Positions 8,648-18,452 of a DNA stretch of 64,000 bases are shown here, one piece after another. The first letter of the stretch is position 1. Each line of letters starts with the position of its first letter. The notes beneath the pieces are model-generated. The model made no database searches. It was not told where the DNA came from and saw only the letters and a program-made list of their open reading frames with translations. Origin of the DNA: Burkholderiaceae bacterium (GTDB taxonomy: Bacteria; Pseudomonadota; Gammaproteobacteria; Burkholderiales; Burkholderiaceae_E); assembly GCA_043757735.1 (NCBI GenBank), contig JAYVOV010000314.1, positions 542 to 64,541 of the forward strand, read 5' to 3'. The translations under genes were made by a program, and so were the position numbers.

Positions 8648-8691
8648 CGCTTTGACGACGCTTTGACGACGCTTCAGGGACGCTTGATCAG
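8648..8691. repeat. Degenerate tandem repeat, 4 x 11 bp (CGCTTTGACGA x2, CGCTTCAGGGA, CGCTTGATCAG); the last unit spans the thiolase stop codon
   Basis: Read directly. It shares the CGCTT(T)GA core with the 12-bp array on the other side of the terminator. Confidence 0.7.
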
Positions 8692-9848
8692 AACACTTCA
8701 AACAGTCCGGCCCCGCCCATGCCGCCGCCGATGCACATCGACACCACCACGTGCTTGGCGCCGCGCCGCTTGCCTTCCATCAGCACGTGTCCGGCCAGAC
8801 GAGCACCGGTCATGCCGAAGGGATGGCCGATCGCGATCGAACCACCGTTGACGTTGTACTTGGCGGGGTCGATACCCAGCTTGTCACGACTGTACAGGCA
8901 CTGGCTGGCAAAGGCTTCGTTCAGCTCCCACAGATCGATGTCGCTGATTTTCAGGCCATGACGCTCGAGCAGACGGGGAATGGCGAAGACCGGGCCGATG
9001 CCCATCTCGTCCGGCTGGCAGCCGGCGACCGCCCAGCCCTTGAACGCGCCCAGCGGCTGCAGACCACGACGCTCGGCTTCTTTGGCTTCCATCAGGACCA
9101 CCGCCGCGCCGCCGTCGGACAACTGGCTGGCGTTGCCGGCGGTGACGTACTTGCCCGCACCCTTGACCGGTTCGAGCTTGGCCAGTCCTTCGAGGGTGGT
9201 CTCGGGACGATTGCATTCGTCACGATCGACAATGGTGTCGACGAAGGACTCGGCCTTGGTGACCTTGTCGACGACTTTCATCTTGGTCTTCACCGAGATG
9301 ATCTCGTCCTTGAACTTGCCAGCCGCCTGGGCGGCTGCCATCTTCTGTTGCGACTGCAGCGAGTACTCATCCTGGAACTCGCGGCTGATCTTGTAGCGCT
9401 CGGCAACGATATCGGCAGTGTCGATCATCGGCATCCAGAAAGCGGGGTACATCTCGGTGAGCCGGTCGTCCCTGCCGCCGCCGCCGCCGCCCTGATAGCT
9501 GATCGAATCGACGCCGCAGCCGACCATGATGCTGGCGCCTTCTTCTACGATGTGGTGCGCCGCCGCCGCGATCGCGTTCAGGCCCGATGAGCAGGCCCGG
9601 TGCATGGTCATGCCCGCGGTGGTGACGGGCAGGCCCGCCAGCAGTGCGGCGGCACGGGCGACGTTGCCCGAGCCCGCGACACAGCCGGCGATGACGTCTT
9701 CGATCTCGGCCGGATCGACCTTCGAGCGCTTGACCGCGTGCTCGATCGCATGGCCCAGGATCGTCATGTTCGAGGTGTTGTTGAAGCCGCCGCGTCCTGC
9801 CTTGGCCAGGCCGGTACGAGCGTAAGAAACGATGACCGCTTGCCGCAT
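8688..9848 (-). CDS. Acetyl-CoA C-acyltransferase (3-ketoacyl-CoA thiolase)
   Basis: Starts at ATG 9848 with a GGAGGAGAA Shine-Dalgarno. [22 protein letters not shown]; active-site regions [28 protein letters not shown] and CIGGGMG. Confidence 0.9.
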   Translation of the reverse strand: MRQAVIVSYARTGLAKAGRGGFNNTSNMTILGHAIEHAVKRSKVDPAEIEDVIAGCVAGSGNVARAAALLAGLPVTTAGMTMHRACSSGLNAIAAAAHHIVEEGASIMVGCGVDSISYQGGGGGGRDDRLTEMYPAFWMPMIDTADIVAERYKISREFQDEYSLQSQQKMAAAQAAGKFKDEIISVKTKMKVVDKVTKAESFVDTIVDRDECNRPETTLEGLAKLEPVKGAGKYVTAGNASQLSDGGAAVVLMEAKEAERRGLQPLGAFKGWAVAGCQPDEMGIGPVFAIPRLLERHGLKISDIDLWELNEAFASQCLYSRDKLGIDPAKYNVNGGSIAIGHPFGMTGARLAGHVLMEGKRRGAKHVVVSMCIGGGMGGAGLFEVF

Positions 9849-10312
9849 GGTTTTCTCCTCCGTCAATTGCGTTGGGTCCGGCAATTGCCGGGCAACCAGA
9901 ATCTTTGCACCTTCGAGCGCCGTCTGCACGACTTTGCGTTCCAGGACTTCATCGCCTGAAAAAATGGCGCGATTCGTCCCGCGATTCGTCCCGCGGTGCG
10001 AAACGCCTTCGGTCAGCCGCAGACATCCTGCCGTCGTCGCCCGCACCCTCTGGCTGCGCGTTTTGCCGCAGTGCGGTATAGTGCGACCCGCGACGGTCAA
10101 TCACCAGTCTTTTTCGTCGCAGTCTTCGGCCTTCCGTGTTTATGCGCCCGCTCACAGAGCAACGGCGCCCGCTGCGTAGCCCTCGACCCTCCCCTACCCT
10201 CGTCGTCTGCCTGACTGGTGCCGCCGGACCTAGCGTCCACGCGCCGTCAGGGTCTTATCCGACCCCGGCTGTCATGCGGCCGGTCGACGCTGAACCTCTC
10301 CAATGAGGCGAC

Positions 10313-11947
10313 ATGTCCTTTGCAAATCTCGGGCTCTGCGAGCCCCTCGTCCGCGCTGTCAACGAGTGCGGCTACACCGAACCCACCCCCATCCAGCTGC
10401 AGGCCATCCCGGTCGTGCTCGGTGGCCGCGATCTGCTCGCTGCCGCCCAGACCGGCACCGGCAAGACCGCCGGCTTCACGCTGCCGATCCTGCAGCTTCT
10501 CGAAGCAAAGCCGGTGGCCAAACTGGCCAATGGCCGCCACCCGATCCGGGTGCTGGTGCTCACCCCTACCCGCGAACTCGCCGCTCAGGTTCATGAAAGC
10601 GTGCGCGACTACGGTCGCCATCTTTCGCACGTCGCGGCCTGCGTGTTCGGCGGCGTGAACATCAATCCCCAGATCTCGCAGCTGCGCGGTCGGGTCGACA
10701 TCCTGGTGGCCACGCCCGGACGCCTGCTCGACCACGTCGGCCAACGCACCGTAGACCTCTCGAACGTCGAGATCCTGGTGCTCGACGAAGCCGACCGCAT
10801 GCTCGACATGGGCTTCATCCATGACATCAAAAAGGTCCTCAAGCTGCTGCCCAGGCAACGCCAGAACCTGCTGTTCTCGGCTACGTTCTCCGACGAAATC
10901 CGTGAGCTCACGCAGGGGCTGCTGAACAACCCCGCCAGCGTCGAAGTGGCGCGCCGCAATGCGCCGGCCGAAGCGGTCGAGCAGATGGTGATCGAAGTGG
11001 AGAAGGGCGCCAAACGGGCCGTTCTCTCGCACCTGATCCGGACCGAAAAATGGTTTCAGGTGCTGATTTTCACACGCACCAAACACGGCGCCAACCGGCT
11101 CGCCGAACAGCTCGGCAAAGACGGCATCGAGTCACTGGCCATCCACGGCAACAAGAGCCAAAACGCCCGCACCCGGGCGCTGGCGCAGTTCAAGGACGGC
11201 TCGCTGCAGGTGCTGGTCGCCACCGACATCGCGGCCCGCGGCCTCGATATCGTGGAACTGCCGCAGGTGGTCAACTACGAGCTGCCGAACGTGCCGGAAG
11301 ACTACGTCCACCGCATCGGGCGCACCGGCCGTGCCGGCGCAACCGGCAAGGCGCTGTCGCTGGTCTCCAGCGATGAGCGCGGCATGCTCAAGGATATCGA
11401 ACGCATGCTCAAGCGGCAGCTCCCGGTCATCGTGCCTGCCGACTTCGATATGAAAGCCGCCAATGCCGCGGCCCGTGCCGCCGGCCCGGAGCGTGATGAA
11501 CGCGACGAGCGCGGCCCACGTGGCGGCGGCCGTGGCCAGCGCAGCGGGCAAGGCGGCGGAGCGCGCGCCGGGCAAGGCGAACAACGCCGGGGCAGTGCTG
11601 GTGGTTCGCGCTCGGGCGACAGCGCCGGGGCCGCTCGTCCGGCGGCTTCCCGCGCGGCAGAGCCCCATCATGCGCAGGCCCGCCCGGGCCCGGACGGCCG
11701 GCCCGCCGGCAACCGAGGCCCGGGTGGTCGCGGGCCTGGCAATCGTGGTCCTGGCGGCAATCGGGGCGCGCCGGCGGCGGGCAACCGTGCCGATGCCATG
11801 CACCGCAGCGCCGAGCCCTCCCCCAGAGCCGAGGCGGCACCCGCTGCCCAGCCCGCCGAAGCACCGCGCGGCGAAGCACCCCGTCGGCCGACCGCCGGCC
11901 TGGGCGCCGCGCTGATGTCGGCGATCACCCGGCCCTTCAGCCGCTGA
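10313..11947 (+). CDS. rhlE: DEAD-box ATP-dependent RNA helicase with an Arg/Gly-rich C-terminal tail
   Basis: Motifs: Q motif [37 protein letters not shown]. Long RGG-type tail. Confidence 0.9.
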   Translation: MSFANLGLCEPLVRAVNECGYTEPTPIQLQAIPVVLGGRDLLAAAQTGTGKTAGFTLPILQLLEAKPVAKLANGRHPIRVLVLTPTRELAAQVHESVRDYGRHLSHVAACVFGGVNINPQISQLRGRVDILVATPGRLLDHVGQRTVDLSNVEILVLDEADRMLDMGFIHDIKKVLKLLPRQRQNLLFSATFSDEIRELTQGLLNNPASVEVARRNAPAEAVEQMVIEVEKGAKRAVLSHLIRTEKWFQVLIFTRTKHGANRLAEQLGKDGIESLAIHGNKSQNARTRALAQFKDGSLQVLVATDIAARGLDIVELPQVVNYELPNVPEDYVHRIGRTGRAGATGKALSLVSSDERGMLKDIERMLKRQLPVIVPADFDMKAANAAARAAGPERDERDERGPRGGGRGQRSGQGGGARAGQGEQRRGSAGGSRSGDSAGAARPAASRAAEPHHAQARPGPDGRPAGNRGPGGRGPGNRGPGGNRGAPAAGNRADAMHRSAEPSPRAEAAPAAQPAEAPRGEAPRRPTAGLGAALMSAITRPFSR

Positions 11948-11961
11948 CCGAAACGCGAGCA

Positions 11962-12915
11962 ATGTCGGCGTTGCATGAAAAAATCAAGCCCATGAGTCCG
12001 ATCCTCGACGACCTCAACAAAAAATACGTCGCGCACACGCCGCACATGCGCGACATCGGCATTCGAATCACCGGGGTCGAACACGGGCGCGGCACGATGG
12101 TGCTGCCAGCGCGGCCCGACTGGCTGGGCGACCCGGCGCGCGGCCTGCTGCATCCCGGGCCCCTCACGGTGCTGGCCGACTCCGCCTGCGGGCTGGCGGT
12201 CGGCGCGGCGCTGGACAAGCGGGTGCCCTACGCGACGCTCGATCTGCGCATGGACTACCTGCGCCCCGGCGGCCCTGAACACGACGTGACCTGCGAAGCG
12301 CATTGCTACCGGGTCACCCGCAGTATCGCCTTCATTCGTGCCGACGTCTGGCAAGCCGATCGGCAGCAACCGATCGCCACCGCCACCGCCTCGTTCATGC
12401 TGTCCACGCCCCCCGGCACCCGGCCCGCGACCCCAGGCGGGGTATCGGCCGCCGCCGAAGCGGCAACGCCGACCGAATCGCTCGCTCCCGGCTGGCAGGC
12501 GCCGACCGCCAGCGCGCCGGTCCTGCCGGAAAACCCGGTGCCGTATCTGGAATACCTGGGCATCCGGGTGTCGCTGTCAAATGGCCAGCCGCTGTATCGC
12601 ATGCCGTATCAGGAAAAACTGATCGGCAATCCCCGTCTGCCGGCCATTCATGGTGGTGTCATCGCCGGCTTCGCCGAGAGTGCTGCGCTGCTGCACCTGG
12701 TCCATACCCTGCATGGCAACAAACTGCCCAAAGGTATCGATTTTTCGATCGACTATCTGCGTGCCGGACGCCCCGAAGAAACCTTCGCCAGCTGCGAGGT
12801 CGTGCGGCTGGGTTCACGCGTGGCGATGGTCCAGGTGCGCTGCTGGCAGCGCAGTCCCGACTATCCCATCACCGTGTCACGTGGTCATTTCCTGCTGGCT
12901 GAACCGGACGCCTGA
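11962..12915 (+). CDS. Tandem hotdog-fold (PaaI-like) thioesterase, two domains
   Basis: Two repeats of the PaaI pattern (HPGPLTVLADSACG...DLRMDYLRPG and IHGGVIAGFAESAA...SIDYLRAGRP), joined by a Pro/Ala-rich linker. Confidence 0.7.
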   Translation: MSALHEKIKPMSPILDDLNKKYVAHTPHMRDIGIRITGVEHGRGTMVLPARPDWLGDPARGLLHPGPLTVLADSACGLAVGAALDKRVPYATLDLRMDYLRPGGPEHDVTCEAHCYRVTRSIAFIRADVWQADRQQPIATATASFMLSTPPGTRPATPGGVSAAAEAATPTESLAPGWQAPTASAPVLPENPVPYLEYLGIRVSLSNGQPLYRMPYQEKLIGNPRLPAIHGGVIAGFAESAALLHLVHTLHGNKLPKGIDFSIDYLRAGRPEETFASCEVVRLGSRVAMVQVRCWQRSPDYPITVSRGHFLLAEPDA

Positions 12916-13326
12916 GACGTCGCCATGCAATCGAGCAGTTCGGCCGGTCGGACCGGTGCCGCCAGCATGCCGACCAGAAGCCCGGCGACAGCCGGATCGG
13001 ACGCGCCGGTGGTCACATCGGATGTGTCTGAACTGCCGGTTCGGCTCATCCGGAATCTCGCATTCACTTCAAGCGCTCAGCACAGGGCCGAGCGCCGACA
13101 TTGCCTGCGGCAAACGGTTTCGTATCGCGGCGATCCGGGTCAGTTCGAGCGAGGACTCGGGGGCTGCGTCGGCTCGATGGTGAAAGCGGGCGACTTGCGC
13201 GAGCGACTGTGGCAGGTTCCAGGATGCAAAAACCAGCGCTGCGCAGTCGCCAGGCTGTGATTCAGCAGTCGACCTCGCCAGCGCGACCAGGGCACAGTTG
13301 CGATCGCAAGGGCGGAGGCTGCAGAC

Positions 13327-14877
13327 TCATTGGCCATGCGGGCGTGGCACGAAGACGTTGCGACCGTCAACCTGGCTGACAGTGCCTGGCCGGCCGAGGC
13401 TTTCGCGGTTCTGCAGGTCCCACATCGCCGCTGCATCGGGCAGCGAGTTGGCCAGGAATCGTTCGCCGGTCGCGTCGAGTCGGCCATAGATCAGGGCGTA
13501 TTCGGGGCCCTTGCGGCCGTGCATCACGGTATAAGTTTCGATCCTGGCCGAGCCGACCGGGGTTTCGGTGAACGCCGCCTTGGGCAGCGCATCGAGCTCC
13601 GCCTGCAGCACGGCCGGGCTCTCGCGGGTCCAGCGCCCCTGCACCGGCGCCGTCGAATAGACCCCGAAAGAATGCTTGGTCACGTAGTTGCCGTTGGCCG
13701 TCACCAGCCCGAAGCTGCCTGGCTTGGAGCGCACCCGGCGCACCATCTCGGCAATGGAGTGGGTCACGTAGTTGTTGCCCGGGCCGCCGAAAAACGGCAG
13801 TCCACCGGTGACGGTGAGGCCGCGCGGATCGTTTTCGGCCACACCGAGTTCCTGACAACCGATCTCCACCGCCGACGAGAAGCAGCTGTACAGGTCGAGG
13901 AATTCGAAGTCGCCGATCTGGCGGCCCGCCATGTCAAGGGCCTGACGCGAGACCGCCCGGATCGCGGGTGAAGAATGCAGGTTGATGCGATCGGACACAT
14001 ACCAATGGTCGTGGCCGTCGGCGCAGCCGTGCAGGAAGACCCATTTGTCGGGTGAGATGCCCAGTTCACGCGCCTGTCTGACCGACGTCATGACGACCGC
14101 TGCGGCCTGGTCGATGAAGGCGTTGGCGTTCAGGAAACGCGGGTAGGGGAACCCGATCCAGCGGTTCTCGTCGTCGACGGTGATCAGCCGCCCAGCACTG
14201 AAACCCGCACGCCGGGTGGCCAGCGGATTGGCCGCCGCCACCCGGGCGAAACCGGCCATCAGCTCGCCGATGATCGGCATGTGCTGCGCGATCGTGCGCC
14301 CGCGCGCGCCCCGGATCGCGTTCTCGAACAAGGGATACATCGCGATTGCGGCGCGCATGTTGTGCTTGTCTTCGTGGTCATTCCAGCCGCGACGCGGATC
14401 GCCGATCAATTCCGGTTCGCCACCCGGATTTTCGGTCCAGGTGACCGGCAGGTTGGCGCGTTCAACACCGTACTGGGTGCGCAGCGCTTCGCCGCCGCAC
14501 AAGAGCGCGCCGCGCATCTCGCCGCGGGCAATCGACTCGGCGAACCGGTTGACCAGGTACTGCGGCATGTTGCCGCCGCTGTACGAATAGAGGTGACGGC
14601 CCGGGTTCAGACCCAGGCGCGACGAAACGCTGCGCGGCGGGTTGCTCGAGGTGCCCAGGCGAGTAGCGAACCGGTGCGAGGTATCGGCAAAGGAACGGAT
14701 CATTGCCACGGTGTCGATGACCGAGCCGATGCCCGCCGCACCGGTATCGGACAGCGCGACCCGGCTGGCCTGAGCAACCAGATCATAAGGCGAGCGGCCC
14801 TGAGCGGCTGGCGTGTCGAGATCGGTGATGTCACCGCAGCCGACGAGAATCGGCATGTTGTCGTCGAGGTCTTGCAT
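13327..14877 (-). CDS. Thiolase-superfamily protein (SCP-x/lipid-transfer-type) with a C-terminal extension
   Basis: Starts at ATG 14877 (MQDLDDNMPILVGCG). LDLYSCFSSAVEI and GGLPFFGGPGNNYVTHSIAEM are typical of this family. Confidence 0.7.
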   Translation of the reverse strand: MQDLDDNMPILVGCGDITDLDTPAAQGRSPYDLVAQASRVALSDTGAAGIGSVIDTVAMIRSFADTSHRFATRLGTSSNPPRSVSSRLGLNPGRHLYSYSGGNMPQYLVNRFAESIARGEMRGALLCGGEALRTQYGVERANLPVTWTENPGGEPELIGDPRRGWNDHEDKHNMRAAIAMYPLFENAIRGARGRTIAQHMPIIGELMAGFARVAAANPLATRRAGFSAGRLITVDDENRWIGFPYPRFLNANAFIDQAAAVVMTSVRQARELGISPDKWVFLHGCADGHDHWYVSDRINLHSSPAIRAVSRQALDMAGRQIGDFEFLDLYSCFSSAVEIGCQELGVAENDPRGLTVTGGLPFFGGPGNNYVTHSIAEMVRRVRSKPGSFGLVTANGNYVTKHSFGVYSTAPVQGRWTRESPAVLQAELDALPKAAFTETPVGSARIETYTVMHGRKGPEYALIYGRLDATGERFLANSLPDAAAMWDLQNRESLGRPGTVSQVDGRNVFVPRPHGQ

Positions 14878-15118
14878 CTTGCAGATTTCCTGAAGGTTGG
14901 CGCGAACTGAATACGATACCTGCACCGGTTCTGTGCGCATCGATGGTATGCAGTTTTCGATCTGCATTGCGTACAATCCAGCCCCAATCCGTCGCACTGG
15001 TGCAAAGCGCCTGATCTCAGCGCCCCTTATGGCGCCGCCAGGTCTGGCCTGTGTCTTGCGTCGTATTCCCGGCAACAGGAGACCCGATGGCGTCGGACCC
15101 GGAGAGAGTAATTTGCTG

Positions 15119-15301
15119 ATGCCGGGCACAGTGGTGATGCTGCTCACCGTGGGTCTGTCGCCGCTGGCGGCCTATGGCACAGCGATGGGACTGTTCACCT
15201 CGGCGCTGGGCGCGCAGCTGACCTGGACCCTGCCGTTTGGCCTGCTCATCATGTTCGCGGTATTCAATCGATTCAATCCGGCCTGCGAAGAAGCCGCACG
15301 C
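15119..15301 (+). pseudogene. Internal fragment of an ABC-transporter permease (EAA-loop region)
   Basis: TWTLPFGLLIMFAVFNRFNPACEEAAR matches the permease LPF..LI....F(D/N)..LEEAA(R)DLGA loop. No N- or C-terminal remainder is present. Confidence 0.45.
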
Positions 15302-15500
15302 GAGTCACCCTCCCGCCCAATCGCGGCGCCGCGGTCGCACAACCCGATCGGCGGGAAGCGCTCGAGGTCTTCGATGTGCGCCGGCTGGTCGAGCCGCCGC
15401 TGCTCGAAGCCTTCATCGCGCAGACCACGCGCCAGAACCTGAACGAGCTGTCGAAACTCATCGAACGCGAGGCCGTCGAGCGGGCCGACGGCAAGGCCAC
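15301..15500 (+). pseudogene. Internal fragment of a GntR/FadR-type regulator (end of wHTH wing plus start of FCD domain)
   Basis: RVTLPPNRGAAVAQPDRREALEVFDVRRLVEPPLLEAFIAQTTRQNLNELSKLIE resembles G-LV-x-PNRGA-V...E-FE-RR-LE...A...T...L-EL. It starts exactly where the permease fragment ends. Confidence 0.45.
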
Positions 15501-15534
15501 GATGAACCCAAACGAGGCGCGCGAGAAATCCCAG

Positions 15535-16275
15535 ATGTCCAAGATCCTGCTGATCAACCCCAACACCAGCGCCGGCGTCACCGCCAGACTCGTTCCGGTG
15601 CTGGCCGCCGAACTCGGGCCCGGCCATGAACTGACGCCGGTCACCGCCCGATTCGGCGCCGACTACATCTCATCCGAGGCTGCGTACTGCATCGCAGGCC
15701 ATGCGGCGCTCGACGCCTTCGCCACGGCTGGCGCCGGCGTTCACGGCGTGCTGCTCGGCTGCTTCGGCGACCCTGGCGTGTTCGCGCTGCGCGAGCTGTT
15801 CGGCGGACCGGTGATCGGCCTGGCCGAAGCCGCGATGCGCGAAGCCGCCGCGCACGGGCATTTTGCGATTGTCACCGGCGGAACACGCTGGCCGCCGATG
15901 CTGGAACGCCTGGCTGTGTCGCTCGGCCTGGCCACGGAACTCCAGCACATCGAAATCGTCGATCGGACCGGCGCGCAACTGGCGGCCGATCCGCCGGCCG
16001 CGCTGCGACTGCTGGGCGAAGCCTGCTTGGTGGCCACACGCAGCGGCGCGCGGTCGATCATTCTGGGCGGCGCGGCACTGGTCGGCATGGCCGAAGCCCT
16101 GCGCTCGACTGTTGAGCTGCCGCTGATCGACAACGTGATGGCGGGCGGACGGGCAATGCGTGCCGCACTGGCACGCCCGGCGGTCGCGGCGCCGGGCGCC
16201 GACGGCGCCGCTTACAGCCATCTTTCGGCCGAACTCGCGCAGCTCCTGCACCGGCCCGCGAGCAACTCGCCCTGA
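15535..16275 (+). CDS. Asp/Glu/hydantoin racemase family protein
   Basis: Starts at ATG 15535 (MSKILLINPNTSAGVT). LLGCFGDPGV and IILGGAALVGMAE are typical of the family. Confidence 0.8.
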   Translation: MSKILLINPNTSAGVTARLVPVLAAELGPGHELTPVTARFGADYISSEAAYCIAGHAALDAFATAGAGVHGVLLGCFGDPGVFALRELFGGPVIGLAEAAMREAAAHGHFAIVTGGTRWPPMLERLAVSLGLATELQHIEIVDRTGAQLAADPPAALRLLGEACLVATRSGARSIILGGAALVGMAEALRSTVELPLIDNVMAGGRAMRAALARPAVAAPGADGAAYSHLSAELAQLLHRPASNSP

Positions 16276-16304
16276 GCGTTCACCGGCGTTGCCACGCCGA
16301 CGAA

Positions 16305-16355
16305 CTCTCAGTCGGCGGGCGGCGCCCTCTCAGTCGGCGGGTGGCTCCCTCTCAG
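16305..16355. repeat. Tandem repeat, about 2.4 x 22 bp (CTCTCAGTCGGCGGG-N7); the last partial unit carries the aminopeptidase stop codon
   Basis: CTCTCAGTCGGCGGG occurs at 16305 and 16327, and CTCTCAGA at 16349. Read directly. Confidence 0.8.
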
Positions 16356-18175
16356 ATCGCTTCGGTCCGGCTGTTCAGCCAGGCGAGCGCGTCGGCTCGG
16401 CAGCGCGGCGCGAGCCGCTCGCGCACAGTCGCGTGGTAGGTGTTCAGCCAGGCGGTCTCATCGGCCCGCAGGAGCGTCCGATCAATGCAACGGGTGTCGA
16501 TCGGGCACAGCGTGAGCGTCTCGAAGGCGAGCATTTCGCCAAACGGATTGCCCTGCGGCCCGTCTTCCGGGGTGACCGCGGGCACATTGAGGACCAGGTT
16601 CTCGATGCGGATGCCCCACTGGCCGGCGCGATAGAGCCCGGGCTCGATCGAAGTGATCATGCCGGGCTCCATCGCCATGGTGGCCTCGGCAATGGCCTTG
16701 CTGATGCTCTGAGGCCCCTCGTGCACGTTCAGGAAATAGCCCACCCCATGCCCGGTGCCATGGCCGAAGTCCAGCCCCTCTGCCCACAGCGGCGCACGCG
16801 CGATGGCGTCGAGCATCGGGCTCAGGGTGCCGCGCGGAAACACCGTTCGCGACAAAGCGATCGTGCCTTTGAGGACCAGCGTGTAATCGCGTTTCATTGC
16901 GCTGGTGACCGTGCCGATCGGCCAGACCCGGGTGATGTCGGTGGTGCCCCCAAGGTACTGGCCGCCAGAATCGATCAGCAGCAGGCCATCGCCGCCGATG
17001 GCCGCCTCGCTGCCGGCGGCGGCGCGATAGTGCGGCATGGCGCCGTTGGCGTTGAAACCCGCGATCACCGGGAAGCTCAGGCCGACAAAACCCGGCCGGG
17101 CAGCGCGCGCCGCCGAGAGCTTGTCGTCGACCGTGATTTCGGTCAGCCGCTCGCCACGGGCCAGAGCCTGTTCGAACCATGCATAGAACTCGCACATCGC
17201 CACGCCGTCTTCGACCATGGTCTCACGCACGAAGGCAGCCTCGGCGGCGCTCTTGCGGCTCTTGGCCAGCGTGCTGGGATTGATCGCCTCGACGACCCTG
17301 ACCCCTTGCGGCACCCGCTCGCGCAGCCCGAAGGTGATGCGGCGCGGATCGATCAGCAGGGTCGACGCCTCGGGCAGTCGGGCGAGGCTGTCGCCGGCGG
17401 TCGAATACTCGGCCAGTGCGATGCCGTCGGCGGCCAGGCGCACAGCGAGCGCGGCATCGACCTTGCCGGCGCCGACGAACATTGTCGCGGCTCCGGGAGA
17501 CACCAGCAGATGGGCGAGAAAGACCGGGTTGTAGTCGACATCGGCGCCCCGCAGGTTGGTCAGCCAGGCAATGTCATCGACCGTGGAGATCCAGTGGTGG
17601 TTGGCGCCCTGCGCGGCCATCGCCGCGCGCACCAGCGCCAGCTTGGCGGCTCGCCCCGCCGGCGCCTGCGGCGCCAGGTGCTCGTAGACTGCGGCACGCG
17701 GCAGGGCCGGCCGATCGGTCCATACCTCGTCGAACAGATCGAGGTCGGCGCGCAGCCGCACGCCGGCCCGATCGAGCGCGCCGCGCAGTTGCAGCGCTGC
17801 CGCCAGGCCCAGCACCTGGCCATCGACCGCGACCGCACCCCCGGCCGGCACCGCTCCGGCCAGCCACTCGATGTGGTGGGTGGCCGCACCGGACGAGACC
17901 TTGACGAGTTCAACCCCCGTGCCGTCGATCTGCGCCTGGGCCTGCACCCAATAGCGGCTGTCGGCGAACAGCGCGGCCCGATCGAGCGTCACCGCCAGCG
18001 TGCCCATCGACCCGGTGAATCCGCTCAGCCACACCCGACCCTGCCAGCGCGCTGGCAGGTACTCAGACAAATGCGGATCGCTCGACGGCACCAGCACCGC
18101 GTCGAGCTGATGGTGGCGCATGGCATCGCGCAGACGCTCCAGGCGCAGGCGTTCAGGGGAAGTGCGGGTGTCCAT
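16352..18175 (-). CDS. Xaa-Pro aminopeptidase (M24B, long form with creatinase-like N-terminal domains)
   Basis: Starts at ATG 18175 (MDTRTSPERL). Metal-ligand regions DSGGQYLGGTTDITR, HGTGHGVGYFLNVHE, IEPG and IRIEN. Confidence 0.85.
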   Translation of the reverse strand: MDTRTSPERLRLERLRDAMRHHQLDAVLVPSSDPHLSEYLPARWQGRVWLSGFTGSMGTLAVTLDRAALFADSRYWVQAQAQIDGTGVELVKVSSGAATHHIEWLAGAVPAGGAVAVDGQVLGLAAALQLRGALDRAGVRLRADLDLFDEVWTDRPALPRAAVYEHLAPQAPAGRAAKLALVRAAMAAQGANHHWISTVDDIAWLTNLRGADVDYNPVFLAHLLVSPGAATMFVGAGKVDAALAVRLAADGIALAEYSTAGDSLARLPEASTLLIDPRRITFGLRERVPQGVRVVEAINPSTLAKSRKSAAEAAFVRETMVEDGVAMCEFYAWFEQALARGERLTEITVDDKLSAARAARPGFVGLSFPVIAGFNANGAMPHYRAAAGSEAAIGGDGLLLIDSGGQYLGGTTDITRVWPIGTVTSAMKRDYTLVLKGTIALSRTVFPRGTLSPMLDAIARAPLWAEGLDFGHGTGHGVGYFLNVHEGPQSISKAIAEATMAMEPGMITSIEPGLYRAGQWGIRIENLVLNVPAVTPEDGPQGNPFGEMLAFETLTLCPIDTRCIDRTLLRADETAWLNTYHATVRERLAPRCRADALAWLNSRTEAI

Positions 18176-18290
18176 CGGGTGCTCCGGGTTGGCGGGTGCG
18201 GCGCGCATGGCGGCGCGTCGAGTTTCACGAGAACTGACCACAGTTTACCCAGCGGCCGCCGCCTGCGCCTGCGCCCACCGCAGGTCTGCG

Positions 18291-18336
18291 CTCGTTGACG
18301 CGCGAGCGAAGTCCTCGTTGACGCGCGAGCGAGGTC
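18291..18336. repeat. Tandem repeat, 2 x 23 bp CTCGTTGACGCGCGAGCGA(A/G)GTC, about 120 bp upstream of the aminopeptidase start
   Basis: Read directly. Each unit contains TTGACG. Confidence 0.9.
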
Positions 18337-18452
18337 CGGCAGCTTCAGTTCCACAGCACCAGAGCAGCGCCTTTTTCGCCAATCATGATCGCCGCGGCAT
18401 TGGTGTTGGTCGACACCCTGCGCGGCCCAGTCGTCGGCGTCGCCGCCTGCCG

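Noticed and set aside
12943-12955. Palindrome CCGGTCGGACCGG after the thioesterase stop
   Set aside because: A 1-nt loop makes a hairpin implausible and there is no T-tract, so no function is supported.
16160-18298. 712-aa ORF on the plus strand
   Set aside because: It lies entirely antisense to the well-supported M24 aminopeptidase, with Arg/Gly-rich composition and no motifs.
18356-18452. Open frame after the Mrr-like stop reading RQAATPTTGPRRVSTNTNAAAIMIGEKGAALVLWN
   Set aside because: It looks like a C-terminal protein relic, but I cannot place the family. It has no start context and is only about 35 codons long.
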